DNA of 64,000 nucleotides from Minisyncoccota bacterium (GCA_965267345.1 OZ253947.1:266814-330813), one strand, 5' to 3'; numbered from the stretch's first letter, positions 50,101 through 58,938 are shown. A program made the numbers and translations. Notes: generated from the letters alone by a model not told the origin.

Positions 50101-50264
50101 GCACCAGGAAGCGCCGTCGATATCACGGCCAACGGCACATCTACCTCCGGCGATGATTCCTTGGGGATGTCGTACATGGCGAACACGCCCATCACGGTCA
50201 ATGCAATGATGAGAATGACGCCAAAGCGGCTCTTGTGCGTGAAAAAGCTCCAGACGTTGTACAT
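47115..50264 (-). CDS. RND-family efflux transporter (AcrB/HAE-like, 12 TM)
   Basis: 1049 aa; two large periplasmic loops. Confidence 0.9.
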   Translation of the reverse strand: MYNVWSFFTHKSRFGVILIIALTVMGVFAMYDIPKESSPEVDVPLAVISTALPGASPEEVETLVTNVLESPLQSRLENVNEITSQSSEGVSTITIEFNANADIDDSVRSVRNEVETLKGDLPDDATDPRVLQIDFADQPVVTATLAATIPQELLYQIGEELEEELESVRGVSSVTTGGIESREVTVVIDHDALVQRGLTVSDVTRAIAAANVATPLGSIEVDQAQFPVRLSGDITDTATIGDIAILSVGGSPVYVRDVARVVDGRAESTTLSRSSIDGEPSIDSISFEVYKASGAKITDVSTNVRERLTELQQQGELLDGMQVLVEFDAGEELKTELQTLSGSGVQTVLLVTLVLALAVGWREALIAAISIPLSFLVAFIGLYYSGNTINFVSLFALILSIGIIVDSTIVVVEAINRRLRTMQRTTDEDEHAREQKKAGAALGAVREFHIPLTAGTMTTVAVFAPLFLVSGITGEFIASIPFTIIFVLSASLLVALGFVPLFATRLLRRGEHGDNVVSRMRDTYIHRVEEWYRGKLRLFLESRELQNILFVTLSVLFVLSLALPVVGAVRVVFFEDSDADYIFVETELPVGTVLSATDLEVRKAEEILYGIPEVASFVTTVGSGSAYADPTSGAASGERFGNIFITLRDDRDRTSVEVVNAIRQQLQGITTSTMRVDQLSDGPPSAAPIGVTLSSESLEDLDRAALVVEDILIGIEGTTEVTSSTKGSTNEFVFTINRPEMVAQGVSTTQIAQTLRATLFGEDTTEIKKLGDDIQIVARLAVSDVPDSRPFDTNATTIDALKQIEVTTAAGNRVPLGTFVTTHVEQSRATIRHKGGERIATLSAAVAEGGNALVIAGELQEQLDTAVLPDGVSISIGGESEDVDQSFQDMFVALGLGLISMFGILVLQFNSFRYATYVLMIVPLALIGVFAGLMLTGSPLSFPSMMGFIALSGIVVNNSIILIDTINSVRRNATADQSIADIVVQGSTSRLRPVVLTALTTVVGIMPLLFAAAIWVPLAYAIMFGLAFSTIITLLLVPAIYARWPGTLN

Positions 50265-50270
50265 AGACGA

Positions 50271-51947
50271 CTATTCCTCAGTTTCGAGTGCGCCGTCGCT
50301 GCGAATCACAACATCGTCGCCCTCGTTTAAACCACGTGCATCAGTCACAATCGTCGTGAGTGCGGTAATACCGCCTTCAATTTCGACTGATGTACCAATC
50401 ACATCGCCGAGTGTCACTTCATGCGCAACGAGTACACCGTCGGCAACAGAAAAGACAAAGGCACCGGCTCCGGTCAACTTCAGCGCTGAAATAGGTACTA
50501 ACAGTGGCGTGTCAGCCTGTTGATCAGTGTCAGCAACTGCAGTGGCGAATGCGACCTCAGTGCGCGTGCCGTGTGCAAGTGTTACATCGGTATCACTGAG
50601 CGCAACGCGTACCTCAATTTGCTTTGTCACCGGATCGAGTCCGGGTGCAATGCTGGTAATAACAGCGTCGTAGGTATTGGCGACCGTTGCCGTACCACCG
50701 ACACGAAGACGTGTGGCTGCCTCAGGCGCCACAAAGGTCACCACCTCGAGTGTTGATTCATTCGCGACGAGTCCAACCTCCTGATAGGAAGTCACGAAAT
50801 CGCCGGCGGCAATTGAAAGGGTGGTTACCGTCCCCGTAACGGGGGTGCGGATGTAGGTGTTCTCAAGCCGCGCGTATGCCTGCGCGAGACTTGCCTGTGC
50901 CTGCTCAACTTGCGCAGCGGCAACGTCAATATCTTCCTGCTGAGCACCCGTGACACCTTCCTGTTGCTTTTGGAGTGCAACGGTGTACGCACTTTGCGCA
51001 CTGCGCAGCGCACCGCGACTTGTTGAAAGTGATGAACGCGCCGAGAGAATATTGGTGCGTGCAGCAGTTGCCGTGCTCTCGTACGTACTAATGGTCGTTG
51101 CCGACACTTCCGCAGTCTCAATTGCACCATCAACAACGGTAATCAGTGTATCCAGAAAACCCTTGATACGGAGGAGCTCTTCCTCAACGGTCGCAATTTC
51201 AGTAATCAGAGCATCAGCAGCGAGTGTATTTACGGCTGCGTCGGCTTCAGCATGACGCTCGACAACCGATTGCAACAAAAAGCGCTCGTGTTCGACTTCA
51301 TTTGCCTGTGCGCCACGTGTTGAGTCAAACGCAAGGGACGGATTTGGTCCGTCAGGATCGGTGAACATCGCATCAACGCCACCAGACAGAGCTGAGTCAG
51401 TTGCGGCATATGCGGAAAGCAGAGTGTTGGCTGCCGAAACACGTGCCTCAGCGAGCGCTTCACGGGCACTTTCAGTATTTGCTTCAAGTACGGCAAGTTG
51501 CTCGTCGCGGGTACCGCCCGCAACCTTATTCAAGCTTGCCTGTGCCTGACTCAAGCTTGCCTGTGCCTGTGCCACACTTGCGCGTTCAGTTGCATTTTCA
51601 ATCGTGGCAATAATACGTCCTGCAGCAACACGGTCACCAACGCCAACGCTGACGCTGGTAATGAGTCCTGCTTGTTTTGCGCGCAAGTCGCCTTCGGCTT
51701 GTGATTTTACTTCGCCGGTTGTTACCAGCTGAGCACCGGCGCCAGCAAGTGCACCCGCCTGACGCACGGTTACACTACGCGTCGGTGTTTCGGTCTCTGC
51801 AGGGTCGCCCGAGCGTACAATAGCGTTTGCTGCAGCAACAAGCACGAACGCAGCAATAATAGTGAGTGCAATGACACGGCGGCGGTTAATCATGCCGCGC
51901 AGGCGCGACGGGATACCCAAGAGGGTCGTACGTACTGAATATAGCAT
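50271..51947 (-). CDS. RND efflux membrane-fusion protein (HlyD/AcrA family), unusually long
   Basis: N-terminal TM, long Ala-rich coiled-coil hairpin, beta-barrel/lipoyl regions; 558 aa; 6 nt upstream of the RND gene. Confidence 0.8.
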   Translation of the reverse strand: MLYSVRTTLLGIPSRLRGMINRRRVIALTIIAAFVLVAAANAIVRSGDPAETETPTRSVTVRQAGALAGAGAQLVTTGEVKSQAEGDLRAKQAGLITSVSVGVGDRVAAGRIIATIENATERASVAQAQASLSQAQASLNKVAGGTRDEQLAVLEANTESAREALAEARVSAANTLLSAYAATDSALSGGVDAMFTDPDGPNPSLAFDSTRGAQANEVEHERFLLQSVVERHAEADAAVNTLAADALITEIATVEEELLRIKGFLDTLITVVDGAIETAEVSATTISTYESTATAARTNILSARSSLSTSRGALRSAQSAYTVALQKQQEGVTGAQQEDIDVAAAQVEQAQASLAQAYARLENTYIRTPVTGTVTTLSIAAGDFVTSYQEVGLVANESTLEVVTFVAPEAATRLRVGGTATVANTYDAVITSIAPGLDPVTKQIEVRVALSDTDVTLAHGTRTEVAFATAVADTDQQADTPLLVPISALKLTGAGAFVFSVADGVLVAHEVTLGDVIGTSVEIEGGITALTTIVTDARGLNEGDDVVIRSDGALETEE

Positions 51948-52037
51948 GGTGTGACTTTACAATAATTTTTATATATGTCAATTTTCTTGCGCCTGCAGCA
52001 TGCTGCCGCTACAATAGGCACCTTAGCGTAACACTAA

Positions 52038-52268
52038 ATGTTCATGTTCAAAAACTTTCTGGTGAAAAAAATGATTAAGTCGCAGCTCAAAAATATGCCG
52101 AAAGAGCAGGCTGAGATGATTGAGCAGATGGTTGAGAAAGATCCCGACCTGTTCGTTAAAATGGCAAAAGAGACGCAGGAGCTTGTGAAGCAGGGGAAAG
52201 ATCAGGCGAGTGCCATGATGCAGGTGTCAAAGAAGTACCAGAAAGAATTGCAGCGACTGGCACAGTAA
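52038..52268 (+). CDS. hypothetical small Lys/Met-rich protein (76 aa)
   Basis: ORF in a low-GC patch; no family recognised. Confidence 0.35.
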   Translation: MFMFKNFLVKKMIKSQLKNMPKEQAEMIEQMVEKDPDLFVKMAKETQELVKQGKDQASAMMQVSKKYQKELQRLAQ

Positions 52269-52354
52269 AATTTGACACACTTCTAAATTTGTACCTTGTT
52301 GTTTTTTGGGGTTGACCGCTGATACCTACAGGTGTAGTGTGTCCCGTAGGTGAC

Positions 52355-52485
52355 TATTTCGGGTTTCGGCTTGAAGTGGCCACCGTGGTATTCGACTCTT
52401 CGGAGTTGAATACCACGGTGTTCATTTCGATCTCCGGATTGAAATGGCACCACTGAAAGATGTCTGCTTCGGCAGGCATTTTTCA
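52355..52485 (+). ncRNA. candidate small RNA: two diverged tandem ~69 nt units, each a conserved ~33 nt segment followed by a UUCG-capped hairpin; the second hairpin is an intrinsic terminator
   Basis: unit A 52355-52423 and unit B 52424-52485 align ~75% over ATTTCG..CGG.TTGAA.TGGC.ACC; hairpins 52385-52416 and 52460-52479 plus T5; TTGACA / TTGACC boxes upstream at 52271 and 52312. Confidence 0.35.
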
Positions 52486-52503
52486 TTGTCTAGTGACGCG
52501 AGA

Positions 52504-52601
52504 GGAATGCGGAGCCTGATTTAGAGCATGTCCCAAATACGGAAGACTTGAGATTTCGTATTTGGGACATGAGAGAAATACCGACGTAGTCGCCGCATTC
52601 C
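52504..52601 (+). ncRNA. structured RNA element with nested helices (GGAATGCGG...CCGCATTCC enclosing 12 bp helix GTCCCAAATACG/CGTATTTGGGAC) in the ychF leader
   Basis: perfect complementarities read directly; followed by another imperfect hairpin 52624-52650. Confidence 0.3.
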
Positions 52602-52697
52602 CGAGCAAATGACGACAACATGAGAGTAATGCGAAGCGTTACTGCTCTTATTATCTCGATTTACTTCTGCCACTAGACACATGTATACTACACGGCC

Positions 52698-53798
52698 ATG
52701 TCACTCAGTATTGGAATTGTTGGATTGCCAAACGTCGGGAAATCGACGCTCTTTAATGCACTTACGAAAAAATCGGTTGCGGCTGAAAATTTTCCGTTTT
52801 GTACCATTGATCCCTCAGTCGGCGTCGTTGCCGTTCCCGACGTGCGTTTAGACCGCTTAAGTGCCATGAGTCAGTCTGAAAAGACAATTCCTGCAGCGGT
52901 TGAATTTGTTGATATCGCCGGCCTCGTTAAAGGTGCCTCAGAAGGTGAAGGGCTGGGCAACCAATTTTTGGCGCACATTCGTGAAGTTGACGCCGTGGCG
53001 CAGGTAGTGCGTGTCTTTGATGACGAAGATATCACCCACGTACACGGCGCAGTCAACCCGATGCACGATATCGATATCATCAATATTGAACTCGTGCTCG
53101 CTGACACGGCGACAGTGCACAAGCGCATGAACACACTCGCTCGCGAGGTAAAAAGCGGCGATAAGGAGGCAAAAACCCTCATGGGCGCACTCGAGAAGAT
53201 ACTGCAGACCCTTGAGGCAGGGAAGTTGGCGCGAACAACGCTCCTCGACGAAAAAGAACTTGCACTGGTGAAAGAGCTTCACTTGATCACCATGAAGCCA
53301 TTTATGTACGTACTCAATAAGAAAAATGGTGCGTACAATGTCCATGAACATGATGGTGAACGACGCGATACACTTAAGCGCTTTCTTGAAGACGCAGGCG
53401 CACACTGGGTTGAAGTTGATGCGGGTGTTGAGCATGAGCTCAAAGATGTACACACCGATGAGGCTGCCGAATTTCGTCGCGAATTTGGCGTGATTGAAAG
53501 CGGCGTTGATGAATTGATTCGTGCAGGTTACGCACTCCTCGATTTGATTTCATTTTTCACCACAGGGCCGAAGGAAAGTCGTGCGTGGACGATACAGCGA
53601 GGCGCAACCGCGCAGGAGGCCGGTGCCGCCATCCACAGTGACTTTCGTGATAAGTTTATTCGCGCTGACGTTATCCAATGGGATACACTGCTTCGTGCTG
53701 GGAGCTGGGCAACGGCGCGCGAGGACGGCCTCATTCGCACTGAAGGGAAGGCGTACACCGTGGCCGATGGCGATGTGATGGAATTCAAGCATAGCTAG
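52698..53798 (+). CDS. ychF: ribosome-binding ATPase YchF
   Basis: MSLSIGIVGLPNVGKSTLFNALT, TGS C-terminal domain. Confidence 0.9.
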   Translation: MSLSIGIVGLPNVGKSTLFNALTKKSVAAENFPFCTIDPSVGVVAVPDVRLDRLSAMSQSEKTIPAAVEFVDIAGLVKGASEGEGLGNQFLAHIREVDAVAQVVRVFDDEDITHVHGAVNPMHDIDIINIELVLADTATVHKRMNTLAREVKSGDKEAKTLMGALEKILQTLEAGKLARTTLLDEKELALVKELHLITMKPFMYVLNKKNGAYNVHEHDGERRDTLKRFLEDAGAHWVEVDAGVEHELKDVHTDEAAEFRREFGVIESGVDELIRAGYALLDLISFFTTGPKESRAWTIQRGATAQEAGAAIHSDFRDKFIRADVIQWDTLLRAGSWATAREDGLIRTEGKAYTVADGDVMEFKHS

Positions 53799-53865
53799 CA
53801 CAATTCGATTGTGCTTTGCATGCCGCTCCCGTACAATTTACCTATTACTGGATAGTCGCCGTTAT

Positions 53866-54819
53866 ATGAATAATGAACACACAAAGGTAACGCCGAAAGA
53901 CTTCTTCCTGTGGCTGGGTGCAATGGTGGCACTCTACATCTCAGTGGGAAGCTTTGTTGCACTCCTTTTTGAGTACATCGACCGACTCGTCGGTCCGCAC
54001 ATCGCCGGATACGATCCGTACTCCGGTGGCATCAGCTTTGCGATTGCATCGCTTATCGTGCTGTTTCCTGTATACGTATACCTCACCCGTATGCTTAATC
54101 AGGACATTCGCGCACATCCTGAGAAGCGCGAACTCTGGGTACGCCGTTGGCTGGTCTTTTTGACCGTGTTTGCCGCCGGCATTGGTATGATTATTGACCT
54201 CATTGTGCTGCTGTACACATTCCTCAGCGGCGAGGCACTCACCACAGCATTTCTTTTGAAAGTGGTGACGATTCTCGTGATCTTTGGTGCTGTACTGTAC
54301 TACTACCTACAGGCATTGCGTGGCGTGTGGGAGCAGCACGAAAAGCGCTCACGGATGATCGGCTACGCCACCGGTGCGATTGTGATCATCGCGATTATTG
54401 GCGGCTTCTTCATCATGGGTTCGCCGCAAGCACAACGCGAACTGCGTGACGATCAAGCACGTATTAGTGATCTGCAAATGCTGGAAACGCGTATTCAAGA
54501 CTACTACCGCGACAAGCAGGAACTTCCTGAGGAACTTGCGGATATTACATCTGACTACCAGGGTGCCTACCTGCCGCGCGACCCGCGCACGAATGAGTCG
54601 TATGAGTATGCGCGCATTGATGCGACAACATTTGAGCTCTGCGCCACCTTTGCGCAGCCACTCCCGCACCTTGAAGCAGGAGCGGCGGCGAGCGACGACT
54701 GGCGCGTGCGCGAACTTGAGCGCCAACAGGCAAATTGGGATCACGATGCGGGACACACCTGTTTCGAGAAAGAGATCGATCCTGATCGCCTCCAGCCACT
54801 GACACCTGCAGTGCGCTAG
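53866..54819 (+). CDS. hypothetical membrane protein (5 TM plus C-terminal soluble domain)
   Basis: start at MNNEHTKV (track ORF starts 53809); no family recognised. Confidence 0.55.
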   Translation: MNNEHTKVTPKDFFLWLGAMVALYISVGSFVALLFEYIDRLVGPHIAGYDPYSGGISFAIASLIVLFPVYVYLTRMLNQDIRAHPEKRELWVRRWLVFLTVFAAGIGMIIDLIVLLYTFLSGEALTTAFLLKVVTILVIFGAVLYYYLQALRGVWEQHEKRSRMIGYATGAIVIIAIIGGFFIMGSPQAQRELRDDQARISDLQMLETRIQDYYRDKQELPEELADITSDYQGAYLPRDPRTNESYEYARIDATTFELCATFAQPLPHLEAGAAASDDWRVRELERQQANWDHDAGHTCFEKEIDPDRLQPLTPAVR

Positions 54820-54845
54820 CCGCGTAGAAAAAGCGGAGTATATAA

Positions 54846-54873
54846 AGAGCGCGGAACGAAAGTTCCGCGCTCT
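54846..54873. terminator. perfect 12 bp hairpin AGAGCGCGGAAC-GAAA-GTTCCGCGCTCT between convergent genes
   Basis: read directly; T-rich on the minus-strand side. Confidence 0.6.
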
Positions 54874-54888
54874 TCTCTACGTGGGCGC

Positions 54889-55034
54889 CTAGCTACGCGT
54901 GGTGCGCCTGCTGCGCTTCTTTGGCGAGGCGATTCGCCCGCGCCTGCTTAGCTGCATGCTCACGCCGCTTTGCATCGGCCGCACGTTGAGCCGCATGTTG
55001 CTTGCCGTTACATCCTTTAAATTTGCGTGCCACG
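54889..55034 (-). CDS. hypothetical small basic Ala/Lys/Arg-rich protein (48 aa, GTG start)
   Basis: GTG 7 nt after AAGGAGG; VARKFKGCNGKQHAAQRAADAKRREHAAKQARANRLAKEAQQAHHA; divergent from leuS. Confidence 0.45.
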
Positions 55035-55291
55035 ATCTTTCCTCCTTTCGTAGCTCGAGGATAACGAACACGAGCCGATCTGCGGTGACCGACTCTGTTT
55101 TATGTATGCTGTGTTGGTGAGGTTACTGAGAGATACACAAAGCACAGCCGGCCACTGCGTGCTGCTGACCGATTAGTAGTAGTGTGCTGTGTGCGACGAT
55201 GTGCATATCTCTTTTGTACCATATGCATATACGCATGCAACACCACCATCTGTGTATTTTCGCCGCTACACAAGTATGCTACGTTTAGCGC

Positions 55292-57742
55292 ATGGCAGAC
55301 TACAACCACAGCGACATCGAAAAGAAGTGGCAAGACCAATGGGAGAAGGATGGACTCTACACTGTTGAGAACGCTGTTGCCGACAAAGAGAACGAGTACG
55401 TACTCGTTGAATTTCCGTATCCGTCAGGAAATCTGCACGTCGGACACTGGTACGCATTCACCGTACCGGACATGTACGCCCGCTTTTGGCGTATGCAGGG
55501 GAAGCAGGTGCTCTTTCCGTTTGGTTTTGATGCATTCGGATTGCCCGCAGAAAATGCGGCGATCAAGCGTGGCCTTAACCCACGCGACTGGACCTACGAA
55601 AATATAGAGGCGATGCGCACCCAGTTGCGTAGCATGGGTGGCATGTTTGACTGGTCACGCGAAGTCGTGACCTGCGACCCTGCATACTACAAATGGACCC
55701 AGTGGCAATTTATACAGTTTTTTAACGCCAATCTCGTTTCGCAAAAAGAAACGCAGGTGAATTGGTGTCCTTCGTGTAAAACGGTGCTCGCTAATGAGCA
55801 AGTTGTTAACAATGCGTGCGAGCGCTGCGACAGTGAAGTGGAACACAAAAGCATGCTGCAGTGGAATATTGCTATAACGCAGTACGCTGATCGTTTACTT
55901 AAAGACCTGAATGAGTTGGACTGGCCGGAGCCGATCAAAGAATCACAACGCAACTGGATCGGCAAAAGCGAAGGTGCTGAAATTGATTTCCCACTTACGT
56001 TTACCCTCTATCCTGAGCACAACACATGGCGCAACCCTGACGGCACCGCTGCGCATGTACGCATCTTTACGACACGTCCTGACACGCTGTACGGTACCAC
56101 GTACATTGTGCTTGCCCCTGAGCACCATTGGGTGCGTGCGTTATGGGACACTGAGCACGACAATGCTATTGCAAACAAACAAGAGGTAACTGACTACGTG
56201 AAGGCGGCGCAAAAGAAAAGCGATATCGAGCGGACTGCCGAGGGGCGCGAGAAAACCGGTGTTGAACTCAAAGGTATCAAGGCAATCAACCCCGCAACGA
56301 AAGAAGAGATCCCTGTGTATGTTTCTGACTATGTGCTCGCGCACTACGGCACCGGTGCCATCATGGCAGTACCCGCACACGATGAGCGCGACTTTGCATT
56401 TGCCACACAATTCGAGCTTCCTATTGTGCCGGTTATCGAGGCCGAGGATACCGCGCTGCCATACACCGGAACGGGAACCCTCATCAACTCAGGCGATTTT
56501 GACGGACGTGACTCTGATGAAGCAAAAGCGGCTATCACTGAGCATGTCGGTGGGGCACTCAGCGCTAATTACAAGCTTCGCGACTGGACGGTGTCGCGAC
56601 AGCGCTACTGGGGTGTGCCCATTCCGATCATTCACTGCGCCAACTGTGGAGCAGTACCCGTACCTGACGAACAGCTGCCCGTCGAGCTTCCCGCTATTGA
56701 CGACTACCTGCCGCGTGACGACGGCAAATCACCGCTGGCAAAGGCGACTGACTGGCTCCACACGACGTGTCCGAGCTGTGGCGGTGACGCAGAACGCGAA
56801 ACCGACACCCTCGATACCTTTGTGGACTCATCGTGGTACTACATTCGCTACACCGATCCGAACAATGCTGAACAGTTCGCCTCTAGCGATGCACAAGCAG
56901 CATGGCTTCCCGTCGACTTTTACTCAGGCGGTGCTGAGCACACGACCATGCACCTTCTCTACAGTCGATTCTGGCACAAGGCACTGTTTGATCTCGGGCT
57001 CGTGAACGAAAAGGAGCCGTACACACGCCGCATGAATCGCGGACTCATCATGGGGCCTGATGGTAATAAAATGAGCAAATCGAAAGGAAACGTCATCGAT
57101 CCCGATGATGTGGTTGCACGACTCGGTGCTGACACCGTACGCACGTACTTAGCGTTTATTGGGCCATTTAATGAAGTGGGGCACTACCCGTGGAGTCCTG
57201 ACGGCATCGTCGGTGTACGTCGCTTTTTGGAGCGTGTATGGCGCCTCGGCCAACGTCCATTTGCCGATACTGCTGATGAGGACGTTGATCGCGCACTGCA
57301 TAAGACCATTCAAAAGGTGCGCGATGATATGCGGGCACTTAAATTTAATACCGCAATTGCCGCACTCATGACGCTCGTAAATACCTGTGAGAAAACAGCA
57401 CCGACACGCGATCAGTACGCAACACTACTTCAACTCCTGTCACCGTGCGCACCGCACATAACCGAGGAACTCTGGCGCGAACAGCTAGGGAACACCGAGT
57501 CAATTCACCTTAGTGCGTGGCCCGAATACGATAGTGACAAGCTCACGACCGACACCGTGAACATCGCCGTACAGGTGAACGGTAAATTGCGCGCCACACT
57601 CACACTTCCGACCGATACAGACGAAGAAGCGGCAATTGCGGCGGCGCGTGCAGACGCCAATGTAGCAAAGTGGCTCGACGGCGCCACGATTGCACGCACC
57701 ATTTTTGTTCCGCAGCGACTCATTAACTTCGTAACCACCTAA
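55292..57742 (+). CDS. leuS: leucyl-tRNA synthetase
   Basis: HVGHWYAF (HIGH), KMSKS, CP1 editing domain; 816 aa. Confidence 0.95.
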   Translation: MADYNHSDIEKKWQDQWEKDGLYTVENAVADKENEYVLVEFPYPSGNLHVGHWYAFTVPDMYARFWRMQGKQVLFPFGFDAFGLPAENAAIKRGLNPRDWTYENIEAMRTQLRSMGGMFDWSREVVTCDPAYYKWTQWQFIQFFNANLVSQKETQVNWCPSCKTVLANEQVVNNACERCDSEVEHKSMLQWNIAITQYADRLLKDLNELDWPEPIKESQRNWIGKSEGAEIDFPLTFTLYPEHNTWRNPDGTAAHVRIFTTRPDTLYGTTYIVLAPEHHWVRALWDTEHDNAIANKQEVTDYVKAAQKKSDIERTAEGREKTGVELKGIKAINPATKEEIPVYVSDYVLAHYGTGAIMAVPAHDERDFAFATQFELPIVPVIEAEDTALPYTGTGTLINSGDFDGRDSDEAKAAITEHVGGALSANYKLRDWTVSRQRYWGVPIPIIHCANCGAVPVPDEQLPVELPAIDDYLPRDDGKSPLAKATDWLHTTCPSCGGDAERETDTLDTFVDSSWYYIRYTDPNNAEQFASSDAQAAWLPVDFYSGGAEHTTMHLLYSRFWHKALFDLGLVNEKEPYTRRMNRGLIMGPDGNKMSKSKGNVIDPDDVVARLGADTVRTYLAFIGPFNEVGHYPWSPDGIVGVRRFLERVWRLGQRPFADTADEDVDRALHKTIQKVRDDMRALKFNTAIAALMTLVNTCEKTAPTRDQYATLLQLLSPCAPHITEELWREQLGNTESIHLSAWPEYDSDKLTTDTVNIAVQVNGKLRATLTLPTDTDEEAAIAAARADANVAKWLDGATIARTIFVPQRLINFVTT

Positions 57743-57746
57743 AACA

Positions 57747-57830
57747 TTGACACTTGGTTGTCTGTGTGGTTATATCCTTTGACACATACGCATTTCTGAT
57801 GCCTTGTATCTGTGACCGCGCTATTTGACG
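57747..57830 (+). promoter_or_regulatory. three direct TTGACA(C) -35-like boxes (57747, 57779, 57825) upstream of the next gene; the third has a 17 nt spacer to TAAAAG
   Basis: read directly. Confidence 0.3.
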
Positions 57831-57843
57831 CACACGGAAACTC

Positions 57844-58911
57844 GTGATAAAAGTATGTGTACTTTGTTTTATGGCAACGACCATCACCATTTCATTTAAA
57901 CCAGACCAGACCGTAAAGCGCCTCGTTGATGTGATCGATAACGAACGCACACGTGACGTGCTTTTGCGTCGCTACGGACTCAAAAAAGCACCGACACCGG
58001 AAACACTTGAAGCTGTCGGCCAGAGCTACGGCATTACCCGTGAGCGTGTTCGTCAGATCGAGAATCAGGCACTGCGCCTCATTCAAAAATCAGATGAGTA
58101 CCGTGCCCGCGCACAAGAGTTTACCGAGCTTGCTGAAGCGCTGAAGCGTTTGGGCGGCGTTGCAACGCAGGACGAGATCCTTGCAACGCTTGCACGCAAT
58201 GAGCGTGAGCGTAACTATCTGCTTTTTTTGCTTTCAGTCGGTGAGCACTTTAACCGCGCAAAGGAAGGCGGCGATTTCGTACATCACTGGTACCTCGATG
58301 AGAGTCAGGCACGTAACGTACGCGAAGCGCTGCGTACCCTCTACGCTGCACTTGATGATGCAATTGTACTGCCGGAAGAAGAAATGCTGAGCCTGTATCG
58401 CACCGAACTTGAAAAGCGTCAACAAGAGGCCCGCGACGAAGAATTGCTCCGCCGTTGGCTGCGTCTGTCAAAGAAAATTGCACCGAATCCGCTCGGTGAG
58501 TGGGGACGTGCAACGTCACCGTCAGTGCGCGTGAAGGGCATGCGCGACTTTGCCTACCTTGCACTCAAGCGCCACGGCTCACCAATGCACTTTAGCGAAG
58601 TGGCACAGCGCGTTGAAGAACTCTTCGGAAAGAAGGCGCACATTGCCACAACCCACAACGAACTCATCAAAGACTCACGCTTCGTACTCGTCGGCCGTGG
58701 TCTCTACGCACTTGCTGAATGGGGGTACGCACAAGGTGTCGTGAAAGACGTCATCCGCGAAATCCTCAAAAAGCACGGACCGCTCACGAAACAGGAAATT
58801 GTCGAACGCGTAAAGCGTGAGCGCTACGTCAAAGACAATACCATCGCTGTCAACCTGCAGGACCACACCACGTTCGCTCGTTTGGACGACGGTCGCTACG
58901 AGCTCGCGTAG
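57844..58911 (+). CDS. DNA-binding protein with sigma-70 region-4-like HTH and C-terminal HARE-HTH-like domain
   Basis: LEAVGQSYGITRERVRQIENQALRLI (region 4.2-like); C-terminal DFAYLALKRHGSPMHFSEVAQRV...VGRGLYAL; likely real start 57871 (MATTITIS). Confidence 0.55.
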   Translation: MIKVCVLCFMATTITISFKPDQTVKRLVDVIDNERTRDVLLRRYGLKKAPTPETLEAVGQSYGITRERVRQIENQALRLIQKSDEYRARAQEFTELAEALKRLGGVATQDEILATLARNERERNYLLFLLSVGEHFNRAKEGGDFVHHWYLDESQARNVREALRTLYAALDDAIVLPEEEMLSLYRTELEKRQQEARDEELLRRWLRLSKKIAPNPLGEWGRATSPSVRVKGMRDFAYLALKRHGSPMHFSEVAQRVEELFGKKAHIATTHNELIKDSRFVLVGRGLYALAEWGYAQGVVKDVIREILKKHGPLTKQEIVERVKRERYVKDNTIAVNLQDHTTFARLDDGRYELA

Positions 58912-58938
58912 CCACCCTCTCTTTCACCAGAATACTGA

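Noticed and set aside
52283-52486. 67 aa minus-strand ORF across the tandem-repeat region
   Set aside because: Overlaps the hairpin/terminator structures. No RBS; its coding potential is better explained by RNA structure.
52283-52690. Identification of the structured intergenic region as tmRNA, RNase P RNA, SRP RNA or 6S RNA
   Set aside because: Scanned by eye for tmRNA tRNA-like ends and for the RNase P and SRP signature motifs on both strands, and found none. Left as an unclassified ncRNA candidate.
57747-57784. Calling a definite sigma-70 promoter from the first two TTGACA boxes
   Set aside because: The downstream -10 candidates (TTATAT, TTGTAT) are poor or mis-spaced. Kept only as a low-confidence regulatory repeat.
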